A stretch of 27,873 nucleotides of DNA from an uncultured Thermoplasmata archaeon (lineage in GTDB: Archaea; Thermoplasmatota; Thermoplasmata; Halarchaeoplasmatales; Halarchaeoplasmataceae), in NCBI GenBank assembly GCA_964585175.1, contig CAZPCW010000024.1:1-27873 (forward strand). The letters are read 5' to 3'. A program made the translations under genes and the position numbers. A model generated the notes under the pieces. It had not been told where the DNA came from. It saw only the letters and a list, made by a program, of their open reading frames with translations, and ran no database searches. Below, piece by piece: positions 6,714-15,604 of the stretch; position 1 is the stretch's first letter; each line of letters begins with the position of its first letter.

Positions 6714-8668
6714 AGATGAGATACGCTAGAGAAACGTTAGACATAGGAGAGGATGATGAAGTTCACGTTCTCGTGGGAAATCCAAACGTTGGCAAGTCGG
6801 TCGTTTTCTCAGAGCTGACCGGAACTTACAGAGAGGTATCGAACTTTCCGGGAACCACCGTCGAGGTAAGCACGGGTAAATTATCACTCACGGAAAGAGA
6901 GGAAGTCCTGATAGATACGCCCGGAGCCGACTCACTCACGCCGATCTCTGAAGAGGAAAAAGTTACGAGAGATATACTGCTCGGGACGGACCCTGATACG
7001 ATCATCCAGACCGCAGATGCCAAGAATCTCAAGCGGGCGATGATGCTGTTCCTTCAGCTCTCGGAATTTGGACTTCCCGCTGTCCTAAATCTGAACATGA
7101 TCGACGAAGCGAAAACCCGCCTGATAGATATAGACATGGAAGGATTATCCAACGAAATCGGCATTCCGGTGGTCGGGACGGTCGCTCCCGAGGGTAGAGG
7201 TATAAATGAATTGGAATCCAAAATGAAGGAAGCCAGCGTGCCTGACGTGAAGCCGGAGTATCCTTCGGCTATAGAGAAAGGTCTGAAAGATCTGACAGAA
7301 ATTTTCGGAAACAGAGGCGTCGCGCTCCTTTACCTCTCAGTTCCGGATGAGATGGAGGATTATATCCGCGAGAAGATCGGAGAAGACGAGCTTCAAAAAG
7401 CTCAAAAAGTGCTAGACAGCTTGAGTAAAAAGTTCAGCAGAGACCTGTCCTATCTTATAACCATGAGTATAAGAGAGAAGGCGGAAGAACTCGCATCTAA
7501 GTACATGAAAAAAGAAGACGTTGAAAGTACAACCTGGAAAGAGAAGATAAGCGAAATGACCATGCGTCCCTTGACCGGCATACCGATATTTCTGTTGGTG
7601 CTCTTACTCCTATACGAATTTGTAGGATTTGTCGGGGCACAGCTGATAGTGGATAACTTGGAAGTCGGCGTTTTTCAGGCTCACGTCAACCCTTTCGTCA
7701 AGACAAATATATACGACCTCATGGGCAAAAACTTCGTCTCTAGAATACTCGTCGGCGAGTACGGAGTTATAACTGTCGGATTGACCTGGGCTGTCGCGCT
7801 CATACTTCCTATCATAACGACTTTCTTCCTAGCGTTCTCACTTTTAGAGGATGTGGGATACATCCCCAGATTAGCGGCCATGGCGGATAAAGGTTTGAGA
7901 CGTGTAGGACTGAACGGTAAAGCGGTCCTGCCGATGGTGCTCGGCTTCGGCTGTGATACCATGGCGACGCTGACGACTAGAGTTTTAGATACTAAAAAAG
8001 AGAGGGTCATAGGTACGACCATGCTCGCGCTAGGAATACCCTGCTCGGCCCAGCTGGGCGTTCTTTTCGCTATAATGGCCACGCTTCCCATACATTTTTT
8101 CTTCCTATGGGCTCTGATCGTATTTTCCCAGCTTCTTTTTGTGGCGTGGGCCGCCTCCAAGATACTGCCGGGTAGAAGAGGAGATTTTATAATGGAACTT
8201 CCTCCGCTCAGAGTACCGAAATGGAGGAACGTGCTGCGTAAAACTTACTACAAGGTAGTCATGTTTTTCAAGGAGGTTGTTCCGCTTTTCGTTCTTGGAA
8301 CTTTCCTTGTGAGCGTTGCGAACCTCACCGGAGTTTTGGACATGATGATCAAAGCTCTTGAACCGATAGCGGTTTCTTGGCTCGGTCTACCTTCAGATAC
8401 CTCTATAGTTTTCATACTGGGTTTCTTAAGAAGGGATTTTGGAGCCGCGGGCCTCCTGAATATGGCCGGTAGTTTGACACAGCTTCAGATGCTTGTCGCC
8501 CTCGTAGCGATCACTCTATTCATACCCTGCGTGGCTAACGTATTGGTTATAATCAAAGAGAGAGGTTTGAAGACCGCAGCTGCTATCATCGCTTTCATCA
8601 TACCTTTCGCCTTCTTCGTAGCGGGTGTATTGAACCATCTCTCGAGGTTCTTAGGAGGTTTGGTGTGA
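6710..8668 (+). CDS. feoB: Ferrous iron transporter FeoB
   Basis: G-domain motifs GNPNVGKS and DTPG, followed by a polytopic membrane domain. The tracked TTG start overlaps the dtxR stop; ATG 6716 is an alternative start. Confidence 0.95.
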   Translation: MKMRYARETLDIGEDDEVHVLVGNPNVGKSVVFSELTGTYREVSNFPGTTVEVSTGKLSLTEREEVLIDTPGADSLTPISEEEKVTRDILLGTDPDTIIQTADAKNLKRAMMLFLQLSEFGLPAVLNLNMIDEAKTRLIDIDMEGLSNEIGIPVVGTVAPEGRGINELESKMKEASVPDVKPEYPSAIEKGLKDLTEIFGNRGVALLYLSVPDEMEDYIREKIGEDELQKAQKVLDSLSKKFSRDLSYLITMSIREKAEELASKYMKKEDVESTTWKEKISEMTMRPLTGIPIFLLVLLLLYEFVGFVGAQLIVDNLEVGVFQAHVNPFVKTNIYDLMGKNFVSRILVGEYGVITVGLTWAVALILPIITTFFLAFSLLEDVGYIPRLAAMADKGLRRVGLNGKAVLPMVLGFGCDTMATLTTRVLDTKKERVIGTTMLALGIPCSAQLGVLFAIMATLPIHFFFLWALIVFSQLLFVAWAASKILPGRRGDFIMELPPLRVPKWRNVLRKTYYKVVMFFKEVVPLFVLGTFLVSVANLTGVLDMMIKALEPIAVSWLGLPSDTSIVFILGFLRRDFGAAGLLNMAGSLTQLQMLVALVAITLFIPCVANVLVIIKERGLKTAAAIIAFIIPFAFFVAGVLNHLSRFLGGLV

Positions 8669-8817
8669 TGGAGCATAAGTGCCCGCTTTGTGGGAAGGAA
8701 TTCGACGAAGGCGAGGTCAATTCATGTGAGTCGTGTCCTCTGCAAGGGAGTTGCAGCATGATACGATGTCCTGAATGTGGTTATGAATTCATTCCAGATG
8801 TAGACGAGAGGAGTTGA
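8668..8817 (+). CDS. Small Cys-rich zinc-ribbon protein (49 aa), translationally coupled to feoB
   Basis: Absent from the ORF track (below 60 aa). Its ATG overlaps the feoB TGA (gtGATGg). Sequence MEHKCPLCGKEFDEGEVNSCESCPLQGSCSMIRCPECGYEFIPDVDERS has three CxxC pairs. The next gene starts 6 nt downstream. Confidence 0.6.
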   Translation: MEHKCPLCGKEFDEGEVNSCESCPLQGSCSMIRCPECGYEFIPDVDERS

Positions 8818-8823
8818 GAAGAT

Positions 8824-9549
8824 ATGGTAGATGAAGAATTATCGGATATAGAATTGGATGAAGCTCTAGAAGTGTTATGGACTTTAGAAGAGGAGGGTAA
8901 AAGAGATATAGAGAGCTTTAAGGAGAGGATGACTCAAAGAGCCAACAACGGTTCCTCCTCAGAACACAGAAAAAGGTTCAGACGAGGTCATGGACACGAT
9001 ATAACGGAACAGGTTCTCGCCGAACTTCAAAAGAGAAATCTGGTCGCGAAGCGAGAGGGAAAGGTGAAGTTGACCGAAAAAGGCCATAATTCGGCTAGAG
9101 ATATAGTCAGGAGGCATAGGTTAGCGGAAAGACTGATGGTCGATGTACTTGACATGGGCCCTGAAGAGATAGAAAAACCGGCCTGTGAATTCGAGCATCT
9201 TTTATCGGAAGAGGTCACGGAAAGGATATGTACCCTTCTAGGCCATCCAAGAGAATGTCCCCATGGAAAACCCATACCGAAGGGCGAGTGCTGCTCGAAA
9301 AGAAAAGGTACATTAAAACCAGCTGTCACTTCCTTCACAGACGTTTCAATTGGAGAGGAAGTTAAGATAGCGTACATCCACACCCAAGACCATTCGAGCC
9401 TACACAAGCTGCTTTCTTACGATATAGGCCCTGGATCTCGAGCGGAACTTCTCCAAAAGACACCGGTCTACGTGATAAAGGCAGGAGAGACAGAGATCGC
9501 CGTCGAAGAGGATGTCTTGAAAAATATATTCGTCAAGAGACTGGAGTGA
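8824..9549 (+). CDS. DtxR/IdeR-family regulator with a C-terminal FeoA/SH3-like domain
   Basis: RRHRLAERLM, ACEFEHLL, CPHGKPIP, then an SH3-like tail (VKIAYIHTQD..LLSYDIGPGS). The N-terminal wHTH carries a basic, His-rich insertion (SSEHRKRFRRGHGHD). Confidence 0.85.
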   Translation: MVDEELSDIELDEALEVLWTLEEEGKRDIESFKERMTQRANNGSSSEHRKRFRRGHGHDITEQVLAELQKRNLVAKREGKVKLTEKGHNSARDIVRRHRLAERLMVDVLDMGPEEIEKPACEFEHLLSEEVTERICTLLGHPRECPHGKPIPKGECCSKRKGTLKPAVTSFTDVSIGEEVKIAYIHTQDHSSLHKLLSYDIGPGSRAELLQKTPVYVIKAGETEIAVEEDVLKNIFVKRLE

Positions 9550-9634
9550 ACCCGGTCCCGAAAAATCTTTCTTCTATAAATTTTAGATCTCTAAACATCG
9601 ATATATCTTTATTTTTCACTTAACCTAGGCCTCA

Positions 9635-10186
9635 TCAGCAGCAAGAAGTTTCACTGTTATCGGATCCGCAGCACTCCGAGGTTTGACTTTGAGGTCCACA
9701 GCAGCTCGAATCTATACTTTCTTCTCTTTTTTCTATACCGACGACCTTTTTCACTGCTTCTTCGATCATCTCTTTAGGTATAGTTTCATAAGTATTCCCT
9801 TCATATTCGAAAATCCGGCAGTCGTTACCGCCTCCAGTGATCTCGTAGCATTCCGGACCAGTAACGTCCTCGCAGGAGGGGCAGTAATTGTCCTTTATCT
9901 CGTAATCCTCATTCACGATAACTTCGATATCCGTACCGTCGATCCTCAAGGTAGGTGATCTGGTCAAGTCGTGTTTTTTGGCCTGCTCGTCACTCCTGAT
10001 CTTCGTTTTGTTTATGGTTATAGAATCGATATCATTCTGATGGATATCTTCCCTCAATTCCCTCACAGCTTCATCTAAAGTTTTATCGCTGGATTTACAT
10101 CTCTCACACTCCGAAAGATCCACGTAGAGGAAATCTATCTTTAATCTATTTTCCTTTTCTTCATTTCCAACATCGCCCATGGACAC
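9635..10186 (-). CDS. DUF2703-like thioredoxin-fold protein with a Cys-rich C-terminal tail
   Basis: LKIDFLYVDLSECERCKSSDKTLDEAV ... SPTLRIDGTDIE fits my recollection of the DUF2703 pattern. The tail is CCGPQSQTSE-CCGSDNSETS-CC. Confidence 0.55.
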   Translation of the reverse strand: MSMGDVGNEEKENRLKIDFLYVDLSECERCKSSDKTLDEAVRELREDIHQNDIDSITINKTKIRSDEQAKKHDLTRSPTLRIDGTDIEVIVNEDYEIKDNYCPSCEDVTGPECYEITGGGNDCRIFEYEGNTYETIPKEMIEEAVKKVVGIEKREESIDSSCCGPQSQTSECCGSDNSETSCC

Positions 10187-10301
10187 AATATCACTTGGTT
10201 ACTTACTACAAAAATTTAAGTATATAAGCTTTTGTAGTGGGAGGAAGGAAAATAGAAATAATAGCCTCTAAAACATTAATCAAATCGGTTTGATCCTATC
10301 G

Positions 10302-10310
10302 AAAAAAAAA
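10302..10310 (-). terminator. Oligo-T tract immediately 3' of tRNA-Val
   Basis: Nine consecutive T (minus strand) directly after the discriminator base. This is the usual archaeal termination signal. Confidence 0.5.
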
Positions 10311-10385
10311 TGGGCCCAGCCGGATTTGAACCGGCGAGCTTCGCCTCGTGAAGGCGACGTTCTAACCAATCTAAACCATGAGCCC
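10311..10385 (-). tRNA. tRNA-Val (anticodon CAC), CCA not encoded
   Basis: The minus strand GGGCTCATGGTTTAGATTGGTTAGAACGTCGCCTTCACGAGGCGAAGCTCGCCGGTTCAAATCCGGCTGGGCCCA folds as a cloverleaf. It has a 7-bp acceptor stem, anticodon stem TCGCC/GGCGA with loop TTCACGA, and a TTCAAAT T-loop. Confidence 0.9.
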
Positions 10386-10522
10386 GTAATCTATCCACGT
10401 TATAGAAAAGGCACGGTAATAAAATTTTTTATTTCGAATCTCGCGACCTATTCTCTAATCAGCACGAGAGGTTCATTATTCAAACAACGGATTTAAATAC
10501 CTCTCGTTTAATCATCTCACGG

Positions 10523-10909
10523 ATGGAACTGAACGAATTTGATTTTGAAGTCCAGATAAGGTGCCCTAGGTTCCCGACCGAAAATAAAGAGACACTGATA
10601 CGGTGTCTCTCTAAAGTATTTCCCAAAACCGATTGGGATATAGGAAAAGAAGAGATAGAAGGTAGGACCGAATACCTGACCAGATTTAAAAAGATCTTGA
10701 AAGATATGAAGATAAGAGATACCGCCAGAAAATTATTGAAAAGCAGAGCGACCGAAAATCAGTGTACTTTTTCACTTAACAAACAAGCTACATGCAACGA
10801 GAAAGTGAATTTTTCCGAAGAGGAACAACCTCTCGGAAAGGTAGAAGTAATCATCGAATGTGGGGAGATAGAGGAACTGATACAGAACTTGACGGAGACG
10901 GAGGAATAA
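10523..10909 (+). CDS. UPF0201-family (COG1931) putative RNA-binding protein
   Basis: Size about 130 aa. Pattern PTENKETL..KVFP .. DTARKLL .. FSLNKQA .. PLGKVEV fits my recollection of the archaeal UPF0201 family. Confidence 0.55.
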   Translation: MELNEFDFEVQIRCPRFPTENKETLIRCLSKVFPKTDWDIGKEEIEGRTEYLTRFKKILKDMKIRDTARKLLKSRATENQCTFSLNKQATCNEKVNFSEEEQPLGKVEVIIECGEIEELIQNLTETEE

Positions 10910-10910
10910 A

Positions 10911-11669
10911 ATGATATTGGCCTCCAACCCGAAATTCTCTCTGATGCCTTTTCACAAAGCTCTCCAAAATGTAGAGGAAGAATTCGATGGTTGGGAGATC
11001 CTGGCGGAAAAAAATCACAGCTGGAAATACAGGGAAGAGATCGAAGACGCTCTTTCCACGACAGAGATGGAAGTTCAAATCCATGCTCCTCTGAACGATA
11101 TAAATATATCTAGCATAAATCCGGATATGAGAAAGGCCAGCGTTAAAGAGGTAAAAAAATCTATAAAACTGGCTTCGACGATCGGGGCGAACATCGTGAC
11201 CGTTCACCCGGGCCTGTACTCTCCTTTGAGCAGGTATTGGGACGGTACGACCGAACTCGCCAAGGAATCTCTAGGCGACCTGAAAAGTTTTTCCGAAGAA
11301 CACGACGTAAAACTCGCAATGGAAAACCTTCCGGAGATGTGGTTGAGTATATGCAGTACACCGGATGAAACGAGGGATTTTCTTGAAGAATTGAATATAA
11401 ACTTCTGCCTCGATATCGGACACGCCTATACCGCGGACTCTCTGGATAGATTTTTGGAATTCTCTCCTCAAAACCTGCATCTCCACGACAACAATGGAGG
11501 GGAAGATAAACATCTTGCTCTAGGAGAGGGAGAAATAGATATCAAAAACGCGCTCCGATCCCTGGATGGCTACGAAGGAAACTTTGTCATCGAGGGAAGA
11601 GCTATGGAGGAGCTAAAAAAGAGTAAAAAACGTCTGGAATCGATGCTGAAAGAATTGGATATGGTATAA
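10911..11669 (+). CDS. Xylose-isomerase-like TIM-barrel protein (sugar phosphate isomerase/epimerase family)
   Basis: IHAP, VTVHPG, AMENL, LDIGHA, LHLHDN and GEGEID motifs occur in the order typical of the AP_endonuc_2 TIM-barrel fold. Starts 1 nt after the previous stop. Confidence 0.75.
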   Translation: MILASNPKFSLMPFHKALQNVEEEFDGWEILAEKNHSWKYREEIEDALSTTEMEVQIHAPLNDINISSINPDMRKASVKEVKKSIKLASTIGANIVTVHPGLYSPLSRYWDGTTELAKESLGDLKSFSEEHDVKLAMENLPEMWLSICSTPDETRDFLEELNINFCLDIGHAYTADSLDRFLEFSPQNLHLHDNNGGEDKHLALGEGEIDIKNALRSLDGYEGNFVIEGRAMEELKKSKKRLESMLKELDMV

Positions 11670-11693
11670 ATAAATACTTGAAGGGGTTTAAAA

Positions 11694-12677
11694 ATGGACT
11701 TCGTAATAATCGCCTATCTGGTGGCGATAGCCTTCTGTCTCTTTATGAGCGGACGATTTTCGGGCACCGAGACAGCTATAACTGCTTTAGACAAGATAGA
11801 GATCTCGCAGATGGTAGAGAAAGACTTGAAGCACGCCGAAAAGATAGAGTATCTGAAAAAGAACATGGATCAGACTATCACAGCTATTTTGATAGGGAAT
11901 AACATAGTTAATGTAGCCGCCCCCACTCTAGTCACTGTACTGGTAAAGGATCTTATCGGCAATTGGGCCGTTTCAATCGCCAGTGGAGTTCTGACATTGA
12001 TACTTTTAATAGTCGGTGAGATAACTCCTAAAGGCTATTCGCTCAAAAACAAGAAAAAATTCAGCATGAATAACGCCTTTTTGATCTATTATATGTCCAT
12101 CATATTTAAACCGCTCATAAAGGCGCTGAACGAGTTATCCGACTACATTATCGAGGCTTTGGGCGGAGAAACTAAATTCGATGAGTTGAAAGTCTCTGAA
12201 AAAGAGGTGATGCAGCTCGCCTCTATGCTGGAAGAGAAAGGAGTGATAAAAAAGATCGAGAAAGAGATCCTTCAGCGAGTTTTCTGGTTTGGTGATCAGA
12301 AGGTCAAGGTGGTTAAAGTACCTAAACAGGAGACCTATGCTTTAGACTCTGGCTTGACTAGAGAAGAGGCGGCTAATTTCATCAAGGAACACGGTTTCAC
12401 ACGACTACCCGTAATTAAGCACGAATCCGACCAAGTTATTGGCATACTGTACAGCAAGGAGATCCTCGGAAAAGAAGGAGGAAAAGTCAAGGATTACATG
12501 CGTGAACCGTATTTTGTGAAAAACAATGATGACATCACTAGGATCTTCGAACGTATGCGTAAGGAGAGAATACATATGGCTATTGTCAGGGACAAGGAAG
12601 GGAACTTTGACGGCATAATCACTTTGGAGGATATATTGGAGGAACTGGTCGGAGAGATATACGACGAATTCGACTGA
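11694..12677 (+). CDS. CNNM/DUF21 membrane domain plus CBS-pair protein (CorB/TlyC-like)
   Basis: N-terminal multi-TM DUF21-like region (SGTETAITALD), followed by a tandem CBS region. No CorC_HlyC C-terminal domain is evident. Confidence 0.8.
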   Translation: MDFVIIAYLVAIAFCLFMSGRFSGTETAITALDKIEISQMVEKDLKHAEKIEYLKKNMDQTITAILIGNNIVNVAAPTLVTVLVKDLIGNWAVSIASGVLTLILLIVGEITPKGYSLKNKKKFSMNNAFLIYYMSIIFKPLIKALNELSDYIIEALGGETKFDELKVSEKEVMQLASMLEEKGVIKKIEKEILQRVFWFGDQKVKVVKVPKQETYALDSGLTREEAANFIKEHGFTRLPVIKHESDQVIGILYSKEILGKEGGKVKDYMREPYFVKNNDDITRIFERMRKERIHMAIVRDKEGNFDGIITLEDILEELVGEIYDEFD

Positions 12678-12725
12678 ACGCTCCGAAAAAACCTTTTTAT
12701 ATATTATTACTCATCTCCTTCTGCG

Positions 12726-13292
12726 ATGTTAAGGTTGATACTTTCGGCACTGTTGATGTTTTTCCTACCCGGGTTCACTTTGATCAATGCGGTCTATCCG
12801 GTCAAAGGTGAACTCGACGAAGAACTGGATATGCTCTACAGGATGACTTATGGACTGGGGCTGAGCGCCGCGATCGTAGTGCTGATAGGTTTTATCTTAG
12901 GGCACATCTCGCTGAACGGAGGAAAAGGTCTTTTCGTCTCCGAAACTCTTACGGCGGGGTTGATCCTTTTAACAGTCCTGTTTTTCCTGATCGGCTGGTA
13001 CAGAGGCGGCTATCAGCGTTTGAGTTACATCTCTCCCAAGCTCTGCAGGCCTAAAAGGGATCTGCCCGACTTCGAGGAAAAAGGTATGGAAAAGGTGAAG
13101 AAGCTGCAGGGATTGGCGAAGAAAAGGGGTAAACTGAAGGAAAAGCTCAGATACAAAAAGAGAAAAATAAAGAGAAGTGAGGGGGAGAAAAAAAAGAGGC
13201 TGGAAAAGGAAAGAGAACATTTACGCGAAGAACTTGAAGAGATAGAAAAAGAGTTGAAAGAAGCTGAAAAAGATAGAGAAAAGGATTTTTGA
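12726..13292 (+). CDS. Membrane protein with a Lys/Glu-rich coiled-coil tail
   Basis: Three or four hydrophobic helices, then KKLQGLAKKRGKLKEKL..EKEREHLREELEEIEKELKEAEKDREK. TATA-like ttttatatatt lies about 30 nt upstream. Confidence 0.6.
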   Translation: MLRLILSALLMFFLPGFTLINAVYPVKGELDEELDMLYRMTYGLGLSAAIVVLIGFILGHISLNGGKGLFVSETLTAGLILLTVLFFLIGWYRGGYQRLSYISPKLCRPKRDLPDFEEKGMEKVKKLQGLAKKRGKLKEKLRYKKRKIKRSEGEKKKRLEKEREHLREELEEIEKELKEAEKDREKDF

Positions 13293-13301
13293 GGTGATCA
13301 T

Positions 13302-13661
13302 ATGGATTTTAATTACAAACTCGTGATAGCGGTTAGAAAAGATCTGGATATATCGGCAGGCAAATTGGCGGTGCAGGTCTCTCACGCTTCAGTGAGCTGC
13401 GCACTCAAAAGTAAAAAGGAGAAAAAAAAGTATTTCAAGAACTGGATGAATGAGGGACAGAAAAAGGTGCTGGTCGAGTGTGACGATCTCGAGCACATGC
13501 AATTCTTGAAAGAGAGAGCGAAAAAAGAGGGACTTGTTACGAAACTCGTGACCGACGCCGGTCTGACCGAAGTTCAGAGCGGGACGAAGACCTGTCTCGG
13601 GGTCGGACCCGGACCGAACAACTTGGTAGATAAGGTCACTGGAGATCTTTCTTTGTATTGA
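13302..13661 (+). CDS. pth2: Archaeal-type peptidyl-tRNA hydrolase
   Basis: KLVIAVRKDLDISAGKLAVQVSHAS ... DAGLTEVQSGTKTCLGVGP, about 118 aa. Confidence 0.9.
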   Translation: MDFNYKLVIAVRKDLDISAGKLAVQVSHASVSCALKSKKEKKKYFKNWMNEGQKKVLVECDDLEHMQFLKERAKKEGLVTKLVTDAGLTEVQSGTKTCLGVGPGPNNLVDKVTGDLSLY

Positions 13662-14248
13662 ACCGGAGGAAAATGATCAAAGAAAATATTAGGGCTATAG
13701 GCATTGACGATGCACCTTTCGAATTTTCCGAGGACGAAGTTCTAGTTGTAGGGAGCGTGGTGAGAGCTCCGAATTATCTTGAAGGTATACTGTCCACTAG
13801 AGTCGAGATCGATGGTAAAGATGCGACGGAAAATATAACCAAGATGATCATCGATTCAAGATTCGACGACCAACCCAGCGTGATATTTACCGACGGGGCG
13901 GCGGTGGGCGGTTTCAATCTTATGGATTTAAAGAAGATTAGCGAAAGGACTGGAATACCCACGGTCAGTATATCGAGAGAGAGACCGGAGTTCGATAAGA
14001 TCAAGACCGCGATGAAGGATCATTTCGAGAATTGGGAGGAAAAGTTCGAAAAGATAACTAAAGGGGAAATCCACGAGATAGAAACTGAACACAAACCTAT
14101 CTTCGTCCAGGTCGAAGGTACAGATTTATCAGAGGTTGAAAGACTAATCGATCTTTTCACGGTATTGGGAAGATTGCCCGAACCTATCAGGATAAGTCAT
14201 ATGATAGCCTCGGGTGTGAAGAGAGGCGAATCTATAGGGAAACCGTAG
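13658..14248 (+). CDS. DUF99/UPF0215-family protein
   Basis: AIGIDDAPF near the N-terminus and a length of about 190 aa. The tracked TTG start overlaps the pth2 stop; ATG 13673 is an alternative start. Confidence 0.7.
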   Translation: MNRRKMIKENIRAIGIDDAPFEFSEDEVLVVGSVVRAPNYLEGILSTRVEIDGKDATENITKMIIDSRFDDQPSVIFTDGAAVGGFNLMDLKKISERTGIPTVSISRERPEFDKIKTAMKDHFENWEEKFEKITKGEIHEIETEHKPIFVQVEGTDLSEVERLIDLFTVLGRLPEPIRISHMIASGVKRGESIGKP

Positions 14249-14351
14249 TTGAGGATAAAATGTTAAATAAATCTTAAAAAATTGATACGCCGGAGAGTAG
14301 ATAAAGATAGATAAAAACAAAATATTTTCATTATCGGACGTTGCGCAGCAG

Positions 14352-14711
14352 ATGGTTGGAGGATTTCTCCTCTCGGGCCCTTTCGTGGTCACGGAAGAGG
14401 TCTGGGCCTTAGCCACTAATATTTACTGGTACCATTCTCTTTTGGCAACTATCATTGTTCTCGGGATCGGCTACGGGGCACTTTACGAGGCCGATGTAGA
14501 CAGAGATCAACGTACAGAGAAGAAGTTTTTGGGGATACCGAGGCGTTTTTTATCTCTGATATTCGTGGCCTATGCTTCCGTAGGTCTTTTGATATTCTTA
14601 TTCGGAGCTATCAGGACGTTTGATGCGACTATATTCACGGCCACGAAAGTGATGAGTATAGTATCATTGTTCAGCGTCATCGGAGCAGCAACGGCGGACT
14701 CGGTATTCTGA
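14352..14711 (+). CDS. Small integral membrane protein (DUF2391-like)
   Basis: GGFLLSGPFVVTEEVWALA followed by three hydrophobic helices. The family name is from memory only. Confidence 0.45.
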   Translation: MVGGFLLSGPFVVTEEVWALATNIYWYHSLLATIIVLGIGYGALYEADVDRDQRTEKKFLGIPRRFLSLIFVAYASVGLLIFLFGAIRTFDATIFTATKVMSIVSLFSVIGAATADSVF

Positions 14712-14721
14712 GAGATCTATT

Positions 14722-15498
14722 TTACCGTTTAGATGATTTCTTCCAGTAGATAAGAGCGGCGACAACCACGGCAGAAATAGATATTTGCAAACCCAGTCCC
14801 GGAGTTTCTTCACCCACTTCGTTTTCGGACTCAACAGTGAATGTCACGTCCTCTTCAATCGTTAGTCCCTCAGCACCCATAGCTCTTACTTTCACAGTGT
14901 GTTCCCCCGTGGATGGATTTTCGAAAACATAACTTTCGTTTTTTCCTAAATCTAGCCAGTCACCTTCGTCCAATCTAATTGCGTAGTTCTCAGCGTATGC
15001 TCCAGACCATCTCACCTCGACGGTAGATCTGTTCTCTATCATCTTGCCGTCTTCGGGAGAAATTATTTCGAGCTGCAAACTTTCGACTATATTGAAATTA
15101 GCCGAATAATTATGTTGAGGAGTCGACCATTTCACCCGGTAATCACCCGCTTCTTTGGGTATATCTTCAGATTGTTTCAGGACCAAAGTTTCATTCGCGT
15201 CCGACGGCGGGACCGTAGGTCTTATCACCTCTGTAGGCTCATAAACTATCTCGCCACTCTCTGAGTCTATGATATGGAGCGTATGGTAAAAGGGAGAGTT
15301 CATCACACTTCCGTCATTCCTCACTTCTATTTTCACGTCTTCGCCTAGAGAATAAAACTCTTGATCGACCTCTAAATTATCTTTAGGATCGGAATCTGAC
15401 TTTCCTTCTACCGATATCATCCAAAGACTTGAAAGGATTAAACTCATGGTCAATAATACAACGATGCTTGAAACGAGGACCTTATTTTCTCTTTCCAT
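14722..15498 (-). CDS. Secreted Ig-like/beta-sandwich surface protein with a PGF-CTERM-like anchor
   Basis: N-terminal signal/TM segment (VLVSSIVVLLTMSLILSSLWM). The C-terminus is TPGLGLQISISAVVVAALIYWKKSSKR: a PG-motif, a TM helix, then a basic tail. Confidence 0.6.
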   Translation of the reverse strand: MERENKVLVSSIVVLLTMSLILSSLWMISVEGKSDSDPKDNLEVDQEFYSLGEDVKIEVRNDGSVMNSPFYHTLHIIDSESGEIVYEPTEVIRPTVPPSDANETLVLKQSEDIPKEAGDYRVKWSTPQHNYSANFNIVESLQLEIISPEDGKMIENRSTVEVRWSGAYAENYAIRLDEGDWLDLGKNESYVFENPSTGEHTVKVRAMGAEGLTIEEDVTFTVESENEVGEETPGLGLQISISAVVVAALIYWKKSSKR

Positions 15499-15604
15499 AC
15501 TTAACCGTTCAATTAAAAAGTGGATGAAGATATACTAATCATTTTTGGAAAAATCTATCGGTAAAAATGAAAAAAGGTTTTTCGTATAGATAGGTCCTAC
15601 TCTA

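Noticed and set aside
10290-10496. 68-aa plus-strand ORF.
   Set aside because: It runs antisense through tRNA-Val (10311-10385). The cloverleaf explains the sequence.
11678-11902. 74-aa ORF overlapping the start of the CNNM/CBS gene in another frame.
   Set aside because: It lies entirely within the 5' part of the 327-aa gene, which has clear TM/CBS architecture. I recognise no motif in it.
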